NCBI GenBank assembly: GCA_965224245.1
Contig: OZ245046.1
Span: 3,296,001-3,360,000 of the forward strand
DNA length: 64,000 nt
Direction of reading: 5' to 3'
Source: Candidatus Eiseniibacteriota bacterium
Lineage (GTDB): Bacteria; Eisenbacteria; RBG-16-71-46; CAZAMP01
The position numbers and the translations under genes are program-made. The notes under the pieces were generated by a model that worked only from the letters and a program-made list of their open reading frames with translations, had not been told where the DNA came from and made no database searches. Positions 60,927 to 64,000 of this stretch are shown piece after piece (position 1 is the first letter of the stretch; every line of letters begins with the position of its first letter).

Positions 60927-63863
60927 ATGCGCGCAAGACACACACATCCGTGTGCGTCCGTACTTCTCGCGGTCGTGACCGTCGTGACATCGGCGACGGC
61001 CACACCGGTGGCCACCGACCGGCCACAGGTCGCCATCGAGCCCAGCGCCGCGTCCACGAGCGCGTCCGAGCGGGCGATCGATGCCCTCTCGATCAGAACG
61101 GGCACGAGGTGGCGTGTACACGCTGTGAACGGCGCGACCGGCACGCCGCATCTGGCGTTCGGGTCGGGCATCGAGACCGGCGCGCCTGCGGCGAGCGGGG
61201 CCGACGCCGAGCGATTGGCTCGCGACTTCATCGACGCGCAGGCCGACGTCTTCGGCACCAACGCCGAGCACCTCGAGCTCTGGCAGGCCGCTCACGCAAG
61301 CGGGAAGTGGGGCGTGACGTTTCACCAGCTCCACCGCGGGATTCGCGTGCTCGGCGGACGCGTCCACGTCACGATGACCGACGCGGGACGTGTGTTCGTG
61401 ATCGGCTCGGACGTCTACCCCGGAGTCGAGGTGTCCACGACACCGGCGATCACGGCGAGCGCGGCGGTGACGCTGGCCTCGAAGCATCTCGACGCCGAGA
61501 CGCGTTCGGGCGTCCAGGAGCCCACGCTGCGCATCCTGCCGGTTCACGACGGCGGCAGGGTGACGCATCATCTCGTCTGGCAGGTCGAGCAGTGGACGGA
61601 CGACCCCACCGGACACTGGTACACGTACGTCGACGCGCACACGGGCGCGATCCGCTGGCTCCAGAGCGCCGTCTATCACGCGGACGTCACCGGTACGGTC
61701 CGCGCCGTCGTCGAGGACCTCGACTTCTGCACGGGTGCGTTCGACCGCCCGCTCGCCAACATCCGCGTGGAGATCGACGAGACCGGGGACTTCGCCTACA
61801 CCGACGTCGACGGCGCGTTCTCGATCCCGGCGGGCGCGGACCCGGTCACGCTGCGTACCGAGCTGGCCGGCCGCTGGATCGACGTGAACCGCAGCGACGA
61901 CCTCGAGAGCGCCGACCCCGAGCAGACGCTGATCGCCACGCCCGGTGTCCCCGTCGACATCGTCTGGGATGAACCCAGCTCCCGCTGGGACGAGCGCGAC
62001 GTCTACTTTCACGGCGACCTCTCGCACGAGTTCATCGTGGACGTCGATCCGAGCTACGGCGATCTCGACTACCAGATGGCGTCGACCGTCGGCATCGCGG
62101 ACGCCTGCAACGCGTTCTACGACGGCGTGGGGATCAACTTCTTCCAGGAGCTGGGGGGCTGCGCGAACTCCGGTCGGATCGGCGACGTCGTGTATCACGA
62201 GTACGGGCACGGCGTGACCTGGTATCTCTACGGCGCTCCCGAAGATCAGCCGTTCGGACGGATCCACGAGGGGAACTCGGACGTCTTCGCCTTTCTGATC
62301 TCCGGCAACGCCCTTCTCGCGGCCGGATTCCATCTCGACTGCGAGGCCGGGCTCCGGAACGCCGACAACACGCTGTGCTGGCCCGACGACCTCTTCGGTG
62401 GCTCCGGTCACACCGACGGACAGATGCTCTCGGGCTTTTACTGGGAGCTGCGCCAGCGCTTCGTGGATCTCTACGGCGAGAGCGACGGCATCGCCCGCAC
62501 GGCCCAGAACTGGCACTTCGCGCGGAAGCTCGGACTGCCGACCGATCTCGACGATCAGGTGTTCTTCGCCTTCGTCTACGACGACGACAACGGCGATCTC
62601 GACGACGGGACCCCGCACTACGGGGAGCTGTGCTCGGCCGCCGACGCACACTGTTTCCCATGTCCGGACTTCGGCGTCGAGATCCGCCACACGGCGGTCG
62701 GTCCGCTCTGGGCCGCCGATACACCGGTCGACGTGACCGCAAAGGTGTACTCGACGCTGGGATCCATCCCGGCCGACTCTGCCCGCGTTCGGTTCGCGAT
62801 CGACGACGGCCCGTTCACCGAGACCGAGATGTCCGGCAGCCCCGCCGACAGCCTGTACTCGGTCGCGCTGCCCGGGCAGCCGGCGGGCAGCACGTTGACG
62901 TACTACCTCGTCGGGGCCGACGACGCCGGCAACGTCGAAACGCTTCCTCGCACCGCGCCGACCGACGTCTTCACGGTGCTCGTCGCGCCGACCGTGTGGA
63001 ACGACTTCGAGGCGTCGGCAGCCGGATGGACCAGCGGCGGCGACGCCACCGAGGGGCTCTGGGAGCGCGTGGAGCCGGTCGGCAGCTACATCGGGATGAA
63101 CCCGGTCGCCGTGGACGAGGATCACAGCGTCCCGGGCACGTTCTGCTTCGTCACCGAGCAGAACGTCGAGGGCGAGACCGCCGCCGAGAACGACGTCGAC
63201 GGGGGGACCGCGCTCCTCCTCTCCCCCGCCTGGAACCTGTCCGGCGCGACCGAGGCCGTTCTGAACTACCACCGCTGGTACACCGACGACTCGAACACGT
63301 CGCCCCAGGAGGAGTACTGGGTGGTCGAGGTGAAGAACGGGACGCTCGGCGCGTGGGTCGAGCTCGAGAACACGACCGACAGCGAGAACGACTGGGTCCT
63401 CCAGTCGTTCGACCTGATCTCCCTGTTCGGCGCACCGGAGATCGGTCTCGTGCAGGTCCGGTTCCTGGCAACCGACCTGCCGCCGACGAACAACCTCGTG
63501 GAGGCGGGCGTCGACGACGTCTGGATCCAGTCGGATCTCGGCGGCGGCTCGGTGGGAGTCGATCCGGTGCACCCCGGCATTCCGGCGGTGACGCGCCTGT
63601 CTCCGATCCTCCCCAACCCCGCGGTTCGGGGCACGCGCGTCGCGTACGAGCTCGGTCGACCCGGCCGGGTCCGGCTCGACGTGTACGACGTCGGGGGCCG
63701 TCACGTTCGAACGCTCGTCAACACGTCCCAGGCGGCGGGGTACTACGCCGTTCGTTGGGACGGCACGGGCGACGCGGGAAGCCCGATTGCCAGCGGTTCG
63801 TACGTCGTGCGGCTCTCGGTCGACGGTGTCGATCATCATCGAAAGCTCACGGTCGTGCGTTGA
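60927..63863 (+). CDS. Secreted M4/M36-type zinc metallopeptidase with propeptide and FlgD-Ig C-terminal domain
   Basis: FTP/PepSY-like prodomain, CNAFYDG, DVVYHEYGH, HEGNSD, C-terminal PNP...DVYDVGGRHVRTL...WDG.GD.G..IASGSY. Confidence 0.88.
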   Translation: MRARHTHPCASVLLAVVTVVTSATATPVATDRPQVAIEPSAASTSASERAIDALSIRTGTRWRVHAVNGATGTPHLAFGSGIETGAPAASGADAERLARDFIDAQADVFGTNAEHLELWQAAHASGKWGVTFHQLHRGIRVLGGRVHVTMTDAGRVFVIGSDVYPGVEVSTTPAITASAAVTLASKHLDAETRSGVQEPTLRILPVHDGGRVTHHLVWQVEQWTDDPTGHWYTYVDAHTGAIRWLQSAVYHADVTGTVRAVVEDLDFCTGAFDRPLANIRVEIDETGDFAYTDVDGAFSIPAGADPVTLRTELAGRWIDVNRSDDLESADPEQTLIATPGVPVDIVWDEPSSRWDERDVYFHGDLSHEFIVDVDPSYGDLDYQMASTVGIADACNAFYDGVGINFFQELGGCANSGRIGDVVYHEYGHGVTWYLYGAPEDQPFGRIHEGNSDVFAFLISGNALLAAGFHLDCEAGLRNADNTLCWPDDLFGGSGHTDGQMLSGFYWELRQRFVDLYGESDGIARTAQNWHFARKLGLPTDLDDQVFFAFVYDDDNGDLDDGTPHYGELCSAADAHCFPCPDFGVEIRHTAVGPLWAADTPVDVTAKVYSTLGSIPADSARVRFAIDDGPFTETEMSGSPADSLYSVALPGQPAGSTLTYYLVGADDAGNVETLPRTAPTDVFTVLVAPTVWNDFEASAAGWTSGGDATEGLWERVEPVGSYIGMNPVAVDEDHSVPGTFCFVTEQNVEGETAAENDVDGGTALLLSPAWNLSGATEAVLNYHRWYTDDSNTSPQEEYWVVEVKNGTLGAWVELENTTDSENDWVLQSFDLISLFGAPEIGLVQVRFLATDLPPTNNLVEAGVDDVWIQSDLGGGSVGVDPVHPGIPAVTRLSPILPNPAVRGTRVAYELGRPGRVRLDVYDVGGRHVRTLVNTSQAAGYYAVRWDGTGDAGSPIASGSYVVRLSVDGVDHHRKLTVVR

Positions 63864-63889
63864 TCACGCGAAGAAAGTCGGAGGGCGTC

Positions 63890-64000
63890 ATGCAGCTCGG
63901 CTCGGTCCTGACCCTTGTGGCACTCTCGGTCGGCGTCTCCTCGGTGGCGCCGCACGTCGTGGCCGCGGCTCCTCGCGTGCTCGACCGGAGCGTACTCGTC
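63890..64000 (+). CDS. Probable secreted protein (5' end, truncated)
   Basis: GGAGG RBS, ATG 63890, MQLGSVLTLVALSVGVSSVAPHVVAAAP signal-like; open to the window end. Confidence 0.55.
   Translation, partial: MQLGSVLTLVALSVGVSSVAPHVVAAAPRVLDRSVLV

Overview
High-GC bacterial chromosomal segment with no phage, IS, CRISPR, rRNA or tRNA detected. Three secreted proteins carry FlgD-Ig-type C-terminal domains, which suggests an FCB-group lineage such as Eisenbacteria/Krumholzibacteriota/Latescibacterota (inference only). In order, the window holds: marR-yceI; an OmpR-type two-component pair; a small secreted protein with two identical GDPWENERL motifs, convergent with a TPR plus degenerate sigma54-activator-type AAA+ gene; a metallophosphoesterase; a heterodimeric ABC exporter behind a probable leader-peptide attenuator; an M16 peptidase; an 11-subunit nuoABCDHIJKLMN cluster lacking nuoEFG; a sugar-phosphate nucleotidyltransferase; groES-groEL with a sigma54-type promoter; a LolA-like/TlpA fusion; divergent ligD/ku plus a MerR-like-TPR gene; yciB; a PNGase F-like protein; a helical-repeat protein; a Ser/Thr kinase-TPR; a second M16; a sulfatase-like-TPR; a CPBP protease; a radical SAM enzyme; a beta-helix protein; a six-gene PspA/DUF4178/DUF350/aminopropyltransferase operon; sppA; a D,D-carboxypeptidase; a YciI-like protein; mpg; and an M4/M36-type metallopeptidase. 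The best candidate for an undescribed system is the GDPWENERL peptide plus TPR-AAA+ pair, a putative peptide-signalling module. Next are the ABC attenuator and an exact AT-rich 13-mer shared by the groESL and psp-like upstream regions. Family assignments come from motif recognition by eye, without database searches.
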